From assembly GCA_039024555.1 (NCBI GenBank), contig JBCCQQ010000028.1, forward strand, positions 10,798 to 74,797: DNA of 64,000 bases. Reading direction: 5' to 3'. Under the pieces are notes generated by a model, which searched no databases, had not been told where the DNA came from, and saw only the letters and a list, made by a program, of their open reading frames with translations. The DNA comes from Cyanobacteria bacterium P01_D01_bin.156 (lineage in GTDB: Bacteria; Cyanobacteriota; Cyanobacteriia; Phormidesmidales; Phormidesmidaceae). This document shows, in pieces, positions 42,417 through 51,142 of this stretch (position 1 is its first letter; the number at the start of each line of letters is the position of its first letter). A program made the position numbers and the translations under genes.

Positions 42417-43076
42417 ATGATAGCTAATTTATTTCAGCGCATTCGCGCTAGGACAATTGCCTTATTGGGTCTAGCAGCTGCAGTATGTTTCACGGCTGTT
42501 GCGTGCAGCGGTGGCAGTTCAACTGTTGCTACAGCAGGACCCAGTATTTCCCCCGACTTAGTTGCTGACTACATTCATACTGTGTTAGCAGCTGACCGTA
42601 CGGCCTATACTAAGCACGTTGTAAACCGTGTTAAGACCCTCGAAGGTAAAGCCAAAGAAAAAGGCGTACTAGAGGTTGAGTCTACAGAAGGTTGGCAACA
42701 GACTGATGGTATTCCTCTACCCGCTCAAATGTTCCGTCTAGGTTCCGAGATCGCTAACGAGTCTGGTTATTTCACCTATAATCTCATCTCTACTTGGTAC
42801 ATCAACGACAACCATGGTCCCAAGAGCGATTTTGAAACAGTTGCGCTAGCTGAAATGGAAGCTAGTGGTGAAGCTTACAAGGATTATCAAGAGGTTGGTG
42901 GTCAGGCATATTTCTCTGCTATGTACCCTGATAAAGCCGTAGCTGAAGCTTGTGTGACTTGCCACAACACTCATCCTATTCACCTTGAGCGCTATCCTGA
43001 CAAGCAGTTTGAAATGGGTGAAGTAATGGGTGGTGTAGTTATCAACATTCCCGTTGATAGCATGCCTGCTTCCTAA
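42417..43076 (+). CDS. Tll0287/DUF3365-like monoheme c lipoprotein
   Basis: Lipobox 'TAVAC', 'ADRTAYT..VV', 'PLPAQMFR', 'AVAEACVTCHN', 'GEVMGGVVINIP'. Confidence 0.85.
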   Translation: MIANLFQRIRARTIALLGLAAAVCFTAVACSGGSSTVATAGPSISPDLVADYIHTVLAADRTAYTKHVVNRVKTLEGKAKEKGVLEVESTEGWQQTDGIPLPAQMFRLGSEIANESGYFTYNLISTWYINDNHGPKSDFETVALAEMEASGEAYKDYQEVGGQAYFSAMYPDKAVAEACVTCHNTHPIHLERYPDKQFEMGEVMGGVVINIPVDSMPAS

Positions 43077-43134
43077 GTAGCGGATCTGTTTCATTCTGTC
43101 TCCCTAAATAATAGCGATGGGAGTTTTCAGACAT

Positions 43135-43173
43135 ATAAGGTATGGCTTCATATTTTGAGAAGCTATACCTTAT
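43135..43173 (+). terminator. Intra-operon stem-loop
   Basis: ATAAGGTATGGCTTC...GAAGCTATACCTTAT inverted repeat. Confidence 0.55.
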
Positions 43174-43312
43174 TGCAGGTTTTGGCTTTGCTGATTTCTA
43201 AGGTTTTTGAATCTAGCGTATGGTTTTGTGCGCAATATTTTTGACAGATTGATTCATCTTTTGAGTCATCAACAGCTTTTGTTAAATCACTCACCACTTG
43301 TCCCCTAGGGTA

Positions 43313-43906
43313 ATGAAGCCTAAATTTTCCACCCTGATTATATTGACATTATTGAGCGCACTACTTTTGGTGCCTTTTGTTGTCAGCCCCATATATTTGG
43401 ACATGCTGCGAGAGCGGTCCATTGAACTGCATCACTTTATTCGGGGTGAAGTTTATAAGCAAGCCACTGGTTATGTTGCCCTCGCCTTTGTGGTTATAGA
43501 AATGCTCTTATCGCTACGTAAACGAGGTCGTAGCTGGATAGGAAAAATTAAGCTCCCCGGTTCTGTCATATGGTGGCGGGTTTCTCATATATTTTTAGGT
43601 GTGGCTCTGTTAGCCGTGGTTTTAGTTCATACCATTGGAGCGACTGGTCTGAATTTTAATGCAATCTTTCTATGGGTATTTTTTGCAGTCACCCTATCAG
43701 CGTTAGTGGGTGTGGTAGCAGAAACAGGCGTTTTGGAATCTCCACGTAAGTTATTTGGTTTGCCTGGCAATAAAGAGTTAACAATCACCAAAGGTCCTTT
43801 GATTAGAAATATGCGAGCCATTTGGTTACCCACTCACATTTTTCTTGTGAGTGTTTTTGTTTTAATGCTTGGTATCCATATTTTTCTCGCTTATTACTAC
43901 CGTTAG
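43313..43906 (+). CDS. Membrane protein with two HX13H motifs (putative di-heme cytochrome b)
   Basis: About five TM helices; 'H-IFLGVALLAVVLV-H' and 'H-IFLVSVFVLMLGI-H'. Confidence 0.7.
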   Translation: MKPKFSTLIILTLLSALLLVPFVVSPIYLDMLRERSIELHHFIRGEVYKQATGYVALAFVVIEMLLSLRKRGRSWIGKIKLPGSVIWWRVSHIFLGVALLAVVLVHTIGATGLNFNAIFLWVFFAVTLSALVGVVAETGVLESPRKLFGLPGNKELTITKGPLIRNMRAIWLPTHIFLVSVFVLMLGIHIFLAYYYR

Positions 43907-43920
43907 GGAGATATTAGTGG

Positions 43921-44412
43921 ATGGTTTCTAGTTCTGAAAAAGTAGCTGATGGCGCATCAAAGCCCTGGTTTAAAGGATTGATTGTCGGCATAGCCCTTAT
44001 GGCTGCAATTATTGTCACCCTATTCATAACTCGCCCTGCGGCTACCAGTACCAGCTTTGCTCCTTTGTCTGGGCTGGTTACCCTGAAGGCCATGGCCAAT
44101 GAAAGCGTTGCCTACGGAGATGCGATCGCTTCTGAGAAGCCTATTTTTTTGGAATTTTATGCAGACTGGTGTACCACATGCCAAGGCATGTCTGGAACAA
44201 TCGCCGATCTACATCAAACCTACGGCAACAATATTGAATTTGTCATGCTTGATATTGATGATCCCCAGTGGGCTCCGCAAGTTTTAGAGTATGGAGCTTC
44301 GGGCGTACCCCAATTCACTCTTCTGAATGGGCACCATGAAGAAGTAAATACATGGGTAGGAAAAGTCCCTAAGCCTATTCTGGCAAACGTTTTTGAGCAG
44401 CTAGTTGGGTAA
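43921..44412 (+). CDS. Membrane-anchored thioredoxin (TxlA/HCF164-like)
   Basis: N-terminal TM; 'LEFYADWCTTC'; cis-Pro loop 'GVPQF'. Confidence 0.88.
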   Translation: MVSSSEKVADGASKPWFKGLIVGIALMAAIIVTLFITRPAATSTSFAPLSGLVTLKAMANESVAYGDAIASEKPIFLEFYADWCTTCQGMSGTIADLHQTYGNNIEFVMLDIDDPQWAPQVLEYGASGVPQFTLLNGHHEEVNTWVGKVPKPILANVFEQLVG

Positions 44413-44421
44413 GTTATTGCA

Positions 44422-44640
44422 ATGACTCTATTAGATCGGTTTCTAAAATTATTAGAATTCCTAGAAACAGCCCAGGACGCCTTTGAGTTTTTAACGGACC
44501 CCATAGGCTTATCTGGAGTATTGGCCATTTGCCTTTATTTCCCGATTCAAAGCTTAGGGTGTGACTCACCGGCAGCAGCTACTCTGGCCTGTTCAGCAGC
44601 TCTTACATTCTTCTGTTTAGTAGAAAAACCAAAGTTTTAA
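44422..44640 (+). CDS. Small hypothetical membrane protein
   Basis: 72 aa, starts 9 nt after the thioredoxin, two hydrophobic segments, ends before a terminator. Confidence 0.45.
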   Translation: MTLLDRFLKLLEFLETAQDAFEFLTDPIGLSGVLAICLYFPIQSLGCDSPAAATLACSAALTFFCLVEKPKF

Positions 44641-44722
44641 GCAGGGAGCAATAACACAACAAGTGGCAGCCAGACACAACAAATCAGTTTTTGCTCAGCC
44701 ACGCTTAGGCTTTCCACCCAAA

Positions 44723-44778
44723 AACTCAGTAGCTTTATGGGCATGATGTACAACAGCATGTCATAAAGCTACTGAGTT
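44723..44778. terminator. Long hairpin / bidirectional terminator closing the globin-cytochrome operon
   Basis: 17-bp perfect arms AACTCAGTAGCTTTATG / CATAAAGCTACTGAGTT between convergent genes. Confidence 0.75.
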
Positions 44779-44810
44779 CTAATTAGGCAAACTAGTTTTG
44801 AATACCTAGT

Positions 44811-45737
44811 CTATCGAGGTAAATTCAGCACTCCATTTTGATTCAACCACTGAACCTGATTATCTGTGAGACCTTGAACATCAGTAAATATAGCACCAGA
44901 CACTTTGGCATCAGTCAAATCTACGGCTGTTAAGTTAGCGTTTTCAAGGTTTGCCTGCTGCAAATTGACTCCAGCAAGGTTTGCCCCGGCTAGATTCGCT
45001 CTTTCCAGATCAGCACCCATCAGAGAAGCCCCTGTCCAATCCGTTTCGACCAAGTTAGCACTATTAAACTTTGCCCAGTCTGCTTGGGAGCCCATTAAAA
45101 CAGCACCGGTCAGATGGGCAGCAGACAAGTTAGCATTAAGCAAGTTGGCATCAATAAACTTAGAACCTTCAAGATTTGCATTGATCAAACATGTTGCTTC
45201 GAGGTCAGCTTTTTCAAATGAAGCACCGCGTAGCGCAGCTCGGTTGCAACGACTTCTAGTCAAGTTAGCCCCGTCAAAATTGGCTTCACTAAAGTCTGCA
45301 TCGGCTAATTTAGCCTTAACTAGGTTTGCCCAATTGAAATGAGCCCTATGACCAATGGCATTAGACAAGTCTGCCTGGGTCAACGTTGCAAAAGATAGGT
45401 CTGCTTCAGTTAAGTGCGCGCCATGAAACTTAGCCCTGGGTGCATGAAGTTCACGAAAAATACCACGCTCCAAACGAGCACGAGTTAGCTCAGCTGATTC
45501 TAAACGCGCTTTATCAAAACGCGCATCTGAAAGGACAGCCAGCACCAATGTGGCCTTGGAGAAATCAGTCCCTTCGCAGGATGCCCCCGTTAGATTAGCC
45601 TGACGCAAATAGGCTTGGACAAAATTGCCACGATCTAGAGCAGCGCCCCCCAAATTAATACGACTCAACTCAGCTCGACGCAATGACTGCTGGTGGCTGA
45701 CTTTAGAAAGTACTTCATCGACAGTAAGCTGAGTCAT
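44811..45737 (-). CDS. Pentapeptide repeat protein
   Basis: Continuous A(D/N)LXX repeats (ANLTG, ADLSN, ANLVK, ANLEG...). Confidence 0.93.
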   Translation of the reverse strand: MTQLTVDEVLSKVSHQQSLRRAELSRINLGGAALDRGNFVQAYLRQANLTGASCEGTDFSKATLVLAVLSDARFDKARLESAELTRARLERGIFRELHAPRAKFHGAHLTEADLSFATLTQADLSNAIGHRAHFNWANLVKAKLADADFSEANFDGANLTRSRCNRAALRGASFEKADLEATCLINANLEGSKFIDANLLNANLSAAHLTGAVLMGSQADWAKFNSANLVETDWTGASLMGADLERANLAGANLAGVNLQQANLENANLTAVDLTDAKVSGAIFTDVQGLTDNQVQWLNQNGVLNLPR

Positions 45738-46005
45738 AATTTCGAAAATCCTTGATATGGTATCAGAAGCTACCAAATATATTCATAACTGTATAATACA
45801 CAACAGTTTTGGGATATTCGTTATGAGTTAAGAATTATTTTCGAATATTTATCTAGATTCCCTGACATATGGTTCCTGTAGCAAGTGGGCATCATCCCTC
45901 AATGGTTTAGCTTTTGCTTAACTAAGTTCTTGGCAAACAGCATTCACAAAAAACCATATCACTCTTGCCTTTATAAAAATCTCTTGAGAATTGTTGTTTA
46001 CATGC

Positions 46006-46866
46006 TCATTTTTTGCAAATTAGTTTAAGAAAGCGATCAACAGCTGGTGTTGGCAACGTATTTGCTAATGTTGCAACCCCAATGACTCGCTCTAGGGGGA
46101 CTGGTAATGGACGAATTTCAACTTTTTCAGGGATTGGCATGGCGGCCAAACGAGGCAGGATAGCCGCTCCCAATCCTTGAGCAACCATGCTGACAATGGT
46201 GGAGTCTTCTTTAATGTTGTAGGCAACATTTAAGGGTTGTTGCCAACGAGACCAATGTTCTCTCACTGCTGTAGTACATTCTGCATAGTTGAACAAAATA
46301 AATGCGCGATTTGAAAGATCTTTCCAGGTGAGCGTTTTGGGCAAAATAGTCTCGGTTTTTGGCAACAGGACCACATATTCATCACGAGAAACCTCCCAGG
46401 TGGCAAATTCTTCAGATCGAGGCAATGGCAACAAGCCTAAATCAACAGCCCCTGTCCGCAACGCTTGCTCAACACCGGCTGGATCAAATTCGTCTAAACT
46501 GACATCTACCCTTGGGTAAGCACGCCGAAATTGAGCAAGCTTGGGTGCCAAAATGTGGGTGGACGCACTCCGAAACGAGGCAATGCGCAAACGGCTGTTA
46601 TAAAGAGCTTTTTCTAGGTTTACCTCGTATTCAATTGATTCCCGCACATCCACAATTGTTTTGGCATGGGCAACAATCCGTTCACCAATAGGGGTCAGTT
46701 TCGCACCTAGACGGCCTCGTACCAACAAGGGCACGTCTAACTCATTTTCAAGGGATGCGATCGCACGGCTCACAGCTGATTGAGACATTTCCAATTCGAT
46801 GGCCGCATCGGAAAAACTACCGTACTGGGCAATAGTTACAAGCACCTTAAGTTGGGAAATGTTCAT
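46006..46866 (-). CDS. LysR family transcriptional regulator
   Basis: 'QLKVLVTIAQYGSFSDAAIELEMSQSAVSRAIASLE' HTH; 'MVAQGLGAAILP'. Confidence 0.95.
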   Translation of the reverse strand: MNISQLKVLVTIAQYGSFSDAAIELEMSQSAVSRAIASLENELDVPLLVRGRLGAKLTPIGERIVAHAKTIVDVRESIEYEVNLEKALYNSRLRIASFRSASTHILAPKLAQFRRAYPRVDVSLDEFDPAGVEQALRTGAVDLGLLPLPRSEEFATWEVSRDEYVVLLPKTETILPKTLTWKDLSNRAFILFNYAECTTAVREHWSRWQQPLNVAYNIKEDSTIVSMVAQGLGAAILPRLAAMPIPEKVEIRPLPVPLERVIGVATLANTLPTPAVDRFLKLICKK

Positions 46867-46981
46867 TGGTAAAACCTATTCGGTTAGCGCATAGATAGCC
46901 CTCGCTGGGCGATTTGATCCTTCCAATTAGTCTGGGTACCTTGAATTCATCATCACGTTTGAGTAGCCATACATACACTTT

Positions 46982-47482
46982 ATGTTTGAACTATATCCCT
47001 TCGAAAAATTTAGAGATACTCCTAGTGTTCAATTTTTTGATATCACAGTTCCCGACTCCAATGCCTGTGATCTAGTCTTTCACAGCGGCCCAGCCATTAG
47101 TCCCCACTGTACTAAGGCAGGAGATTGGCAGTTTTACCTACATCCCCGACAGGAAGATAATCTTCTAGCCCTCTCAGGAGGACGAACATTTTATTTAGTT
47201 AACTTTAATTGGGATTCCCCATTTCATCGAGTACGTCTCGATAAAAATACCCATATTTTGCGTATTCCCCCCGGCACATTTCACCGTTCCGAGTCTGATC
47301 CTGATGGTTCACTGGTCATTAACCAAGCCGTACGACAGGAAAAAGCTACGGTCCATAGTGAATTTCGCGTTTATAACAGCTCTCAAATCCCTAAGCTTAA
47401 AGCACTATTAGAGTCTGGAATCCCTCCTATCAGCCATGGTTTATCAGTACCGATGACAATGGAACCTCCTATGGCAGCCTAG
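46982..47482 (+). CDS. Cupin-fold (RmlC-like) hypothetical protein
   Basis: 'FYLHPRQEDNL' and 'LRIPPGTFHRS' cupin metal-binding motifs; divergent from the LysR gene. Confidence 0.75.
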   Translation: MFELYPFEKFRDTPSVQFFDITVPDSNACDLVFHSGPAISPHCTKAGDWQFYLHPRQEDNLLALSGGRTFYLVNFNWDSPFHRVRLDKNTHILRIPPGTFHRSESDPDGSLVINQAVRQEKATVHSEFRVYNSSQIPKLKALLESGIPPISHGLSVPMTMEPPMAA

Positions 47483-47682
47483 CTACCTGAAGCCTCTCAG
47501 AATGACAGATGCTGTTGAAGCATAATCAGAGTAAGGGGCAGAGCACCCGTTTCCGTTAGATAGCTATGCTTTGCGACTTCCAATCTTTAAAGTGCGCTAG
47601 CGATCGCAATAGGTACCAGAGAAGGGTTTACATTGAATAGGGTAACCTACACCACAAAGACGCTCGAAGAGCGCTTCAATAC

Positions 47683-48573
47683 ATGGCTCGCAAGGTTCCC
47701 CAACTGCATACTATGCCGTGGCCAGCCTTTGTTGGTACATCCCTTCTTGTGCACATTGGTGTTTTAAGTTTTGGCCTTCCTCGCGTAATTACGGTGGAGC
47801 GTCCTAGCGATAGTCTCAACCATATTCCCATCACCCTTATCGATACAGAAGCATCCAAAGCGGGTTCTAAATTGCCTCAGCTCGCCTCTTCACCTTCCCC
47901 ACCAAAGGCTGCTCCCCAGACCACAGCTCCCAATAGCGATCAAAATATTGTTACGGAAACACCGCCGCAAACATCACCTCAACAAAGTGCACAGCCTTCT
48001 CCTTTAAAGACTGACAATAGCATCTTAGAAAGCCCCTCTCCTGAACCTGCCTCCTCCACCCAACCTGAAACCAATCAGCCTAAATTAGATAGTCCGGCAG
48101 CCTCACCAGAAACCAGCTCAGAGATGGAAAATCAGCCAACTTCTGAGCCACCATCGGTTGCCGATACAGACACCGCTGAACAATCTGATGGCAAAACTCA
48201 GGGCGCTACCGCAGTGACTATTAAGTCCGTTAGGCTTACTCTCCAAAATCAGCCTAAGCCTAACTTTCAATGGCCGATACAGCTTCAGATCCCACGCGAG
48301 CATACCTGCCCCCGTGGGACCATCCCGAGTGACATCGAATTATTTGTGGAAGTTCAGGGTAATGGCCAGGTTATTTCTTTAAGGGACCTGAAAGGCAATC
48401 TCTACAGTCAGTCAGCTGAGGTCGTTACGGCAGACTGCCTATTCATGGTTGCCCTGCAAGCCAACCCAGCTACGATTAGCTTTGCAGCGCCTCAAACTGA
48501 TACCCCTTTCAACGATATTGAAGGGACAGCCAATCCATCCGCAGAAGTGCAGTTAAAGCTGAGCTTTCACTAA
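47683..48573 (+). CDS. Membrane-anchored Pro/Ser-rich protein (TonB-like architecture)
   Basis: N-terminal TM with 'SLLVH' motif, long Pro/Ser/Thr linker, small C-terminal domain. Confidence 0.55.
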   Translation: MARKVPQLHTMPWPAFVGTSLLVHIGVLSFGLPRVITVERPSDSLNHIPITLIDTEASKAGSKLPQLASSPSPPKAAPQTTAPNSDQNIVTETPPQTSPQQSAQPSPLKTDNSILESPSPEPASSTQPETNQPKLDSPAASPETSSEMENQPTSEPPSVADTDTAEQSDGKTQGATAVTIKSVRLTLQNQPKPNFQWPIQLQIPREHTCPRGTIPSDIELFVEVQGNGQVISLRDLKGNLYSQSAEVVTADCLFMVALQANPATISFAAPQTDTPFNDIEGTANPSAEVQLKLSFH

Positions 48574-48768
48574 GATCAATGGCTTTATGCACGCAGTTAA
48601 TCCTAGGGGAAAGCGTTAAAGGCTTCAATTTACAAGGGCTATGTTGACTGACAACAGTGAACTATACTCTGCAGTTTGCTAAAAAACTTAGCTTTTTATA
48701 GAGGTCTTCCATGACATAGTGTGCTAACCTTACGTTGCCAGCTGGATAAATGACTGGCTCTACACTAT

Positions 48769-48839
48769 GCGGGTGTAGTTTAGTGGTAAAACCTTAGCCT
48801 TCCAAGCTAATGATGGGGGTTCGATTCCCCCCACCCGCT
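48769..48839 (+). tRNA. tRNA-Gly(TCC)
   Basis: GCGGGTGTAGTTTAGTGGTAAAACCTTAGCCTTCCAAGCTAATGATGGGGGTTCGATTCCCCCCACCCGCT; anticodon arm TTAGC-CTTCCAA-GCTAA. Confidence 0.96.
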
Positions 48840-49600
48840 TTCAGTAACATGCAGCCTCCTTTTTCTATGAGGGAGAATTTTAGGAGGCTAAAATTCTCTC
48901 GTTATAGAATAGACACTCAACACTCTGAACTCTGCAAAGAGTAATAGATAGCTATGGATATCCAACAGATAACACCGCATAGCTCTGCTGAGATTCAACC
49001 AGAATAGGCAATTAGTTTTAGACTTTTGTCGAATAAAGGTCTAAAAGTCTTCTGTAGAAAAAATTAGATCAAAAGTGACTTTTTGAGTCTCTCCCGGCTA
49101 TACCAACAACCCTTCTTATTTGGATACAAACCTTTAGTCATAGTACCTAACAGTGATTAGGAAAGGCAGTATCACATATTGATTTCACCGAAAAATTTAC
49201 CAGTATTTCCAATAGTTATTCCAGTAAATTCTCAAACTAAAGTTTAATTAGCAAGCGTATTTATACTGACAATCAAAATAAGATTAAAATTTTCATTACG
49301 GACTTCTCAGTAGAAATTCTAATCCAAAAATATTCACCAAAATCTAGCCCAAACACCCTACAGCCTATTTTCAACAAGGGATTAACCACTGAGACATATT
49401 TTTTCTTAAATAGCTAAAAATTTTATTAACTGATGGCTTCAAAAAGAAGTATCAGTAACTTTACATACGTAAAAAAACTGATTAACTAATGTTATTAATT
49501 TTCTATTAAATTTTTCTGTTTTTTCGTTTAGGCTGACTGGTAAGCCATGCACATATGCATTGGCAGTCAATAGATTTGTGGAGTTTTTGGAGGAAAAGAT

Positions 49601-50767
49601 GTGTCTAGCCCGCCTACTACGCTAGTTCCTGAGACCCAACCCCTAAAAAAACAAAATACTTGGCAAAGAACATTGCCCCGTTGGAATCGTCTTGCCCACC
49701 GCTGGCTTGCGATAGCAATTTCTATCCCCATGATCTTTGTGATTGCTACAGGGATCTTTTTACAAGTTCGTAAGCCTGTTGATTGGATTCAGCCGCCTAC
49801 AGCTAAAGGTTCTCAGCAGTATCAACCCACTGTCGCCTTAGAACAAGTCTTAAGTCAGGTGAAAACTGTTCCAGACATGCAGGTGACCGACTGGTCAGAT
49901 ATAAAGTTGTTAGACCTGCGTCCTAAAAAAGGCATTATCAAAGTACGCAACCATAATGAGTTAGAAACTCAAGTAGACGCGACTACGGGAGAAGTTCTTC
50001 AAACTGGCCAGCGACTCAATGACTTTGTTGTGCAGATGCATGAATTTTCTGCTTGGGGAGCCCGGCTATGGTTAGGACTACCTGTGAGATTAGGGTTTTT
50101 AGTACTTTTTCTCACGGGTGTATATCTAAACATTAAATCAACACCAGCCCGTGTAAGACAGCTGTTCGTCAGGCGGAAGCCGACTAAATCGACTGCAGGG
50201 GCAGAGGCTCTGGTATCTACAGCAGTAAATCAAACAGCTGAAACTAACGTGTCCCCTCCGGTCGTAAACGTCAGCGATGCTAGACCAAAGCGTTTACGAC
50301 TTAAGGCGTGGCTCTTGAAATACCATTTCTGGCTCGGATGGATTGTTATTATTCCCTGGGCATTTGTAATCAGCAGTGGTCTATTACTACAGGTACGTTA
50401 TGAAGTGCCTTGGGTGATGCCAGTACAGCAGCAAGGTCAGGGCATAGTGCCTCAGATGGAGTTTGTTCAAGTTCTAGAAACTGCTCGTCAAACGTCTAAC
50501 TTTAATGTTCAAGACTGGAAAGATGTCTGGCGAGTTTATGTCTACCCCAACAAAGGTATCACAACAATTCGCGCTAAAAACCGTCAGGAACTACAGGTTG
50601 ATTCTTCAACTGGGGAGGTTTTACAAGTTGCTATTCGCAGAACCGATTGGCTAGAAGATATCCATGAAGGTAAATGGATGGGGTTGAATCTCACATTCTT
50701 TTTACCTGTGCATATTTTATCGCTGTTTCTATGGCTGACTGGCACGATTATTGCCTACAATCGCTAG
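49601..50767 (+). CDS. PepSY-associated TM helix protein, internally duplicated
   Basis: Two modules: 'HRWLAI..ATGIFLQ..QVDATTGEVLQ..QMHE' and 'HFWLG..SSGLLLQ..QVDSSTGEVLQ..DIHEG'; GTG start after RBS GGAGG. Confidence 0.8.
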   Translation: MSSPPTTLVPETQPLKKQNTWQRTLPRWNRLAHRWLAIAISIPMIFVIATGIFLQVRKPVDWIQPPTAKGSQQYQPTVALEQVLSQVKTVPDMQVTDWSDIKLLDLRPKKGIIKVRNHNELETQVDATTGEVLQTGQRLNDFVVQMHEFSAWGARLWLGLPVRLGFLVLFLTGVYLNIKSTPARVRQLFVRRKPTKSTAGAEALVSTAVNQTAETNVSPPVVNVSDARPKRLRLKAWLLKYHFWLGWIVIIPWAFVISSGLLLQVRYEVPWVMPVQQQGQGIVPQMEFVQVLETARQTSNFNVQDWKDVWRVYVYPNKGITTIRAKNRQELQVDSSTGEVLQVAIRRTDWLEDIHEGKWMGLNLTFFLPVHILSLFLWLTGTIIAYNR

Positions 50768-50840
50768 ACTCAATTTTTCTCAGATGACGTAAACTATCCC
50801 AGCGGTTGTAAGTTCACAAAACATAATCTGACGAGTGACT

Positions 50841-50873
50841 AAAGCTAGCCTTGCTGACGCGAGGCTAGCTTTT
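50841..50873 (+). terminator. Rho-independent terminator
   Basis: AAAGCTAGCCTTGC-tgac-GCGAGGCTAGCTTTT. Confidence 0.75.
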
Positions 50874-51142
50874 AATTTCAGTTGCTAATTATTCCGCAAC
50901 TGCTAAGGATATGCCAAGGTGTGAGATGAATCAAGGACCCGTGGGAAAGCTATAGCTACAAACGCCATATGCTAAATCGGCAGAATGTATTACGTGCACT
51001 GGGATCGTAGAGTTTTCTAGGAGAATCAGTATAAAATCTCTAACCGCCCTATCAGGGAATCTACTGCACGTCTTGAAAGAAATACGATGCAGATATTTTT
51101 CATCTACTTAAATAGTTCGCCGTATTAGTTCAAATACTCATA

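Noticed and set aside
44905..45342. 145-aa plus-strand ORF and similar antisense ORFs (e.g. 2726-3121, 5528-5854, 37697-38026)
   Set aside because: Shadow ORFs opposite well-supported genes, with no independent motifs.
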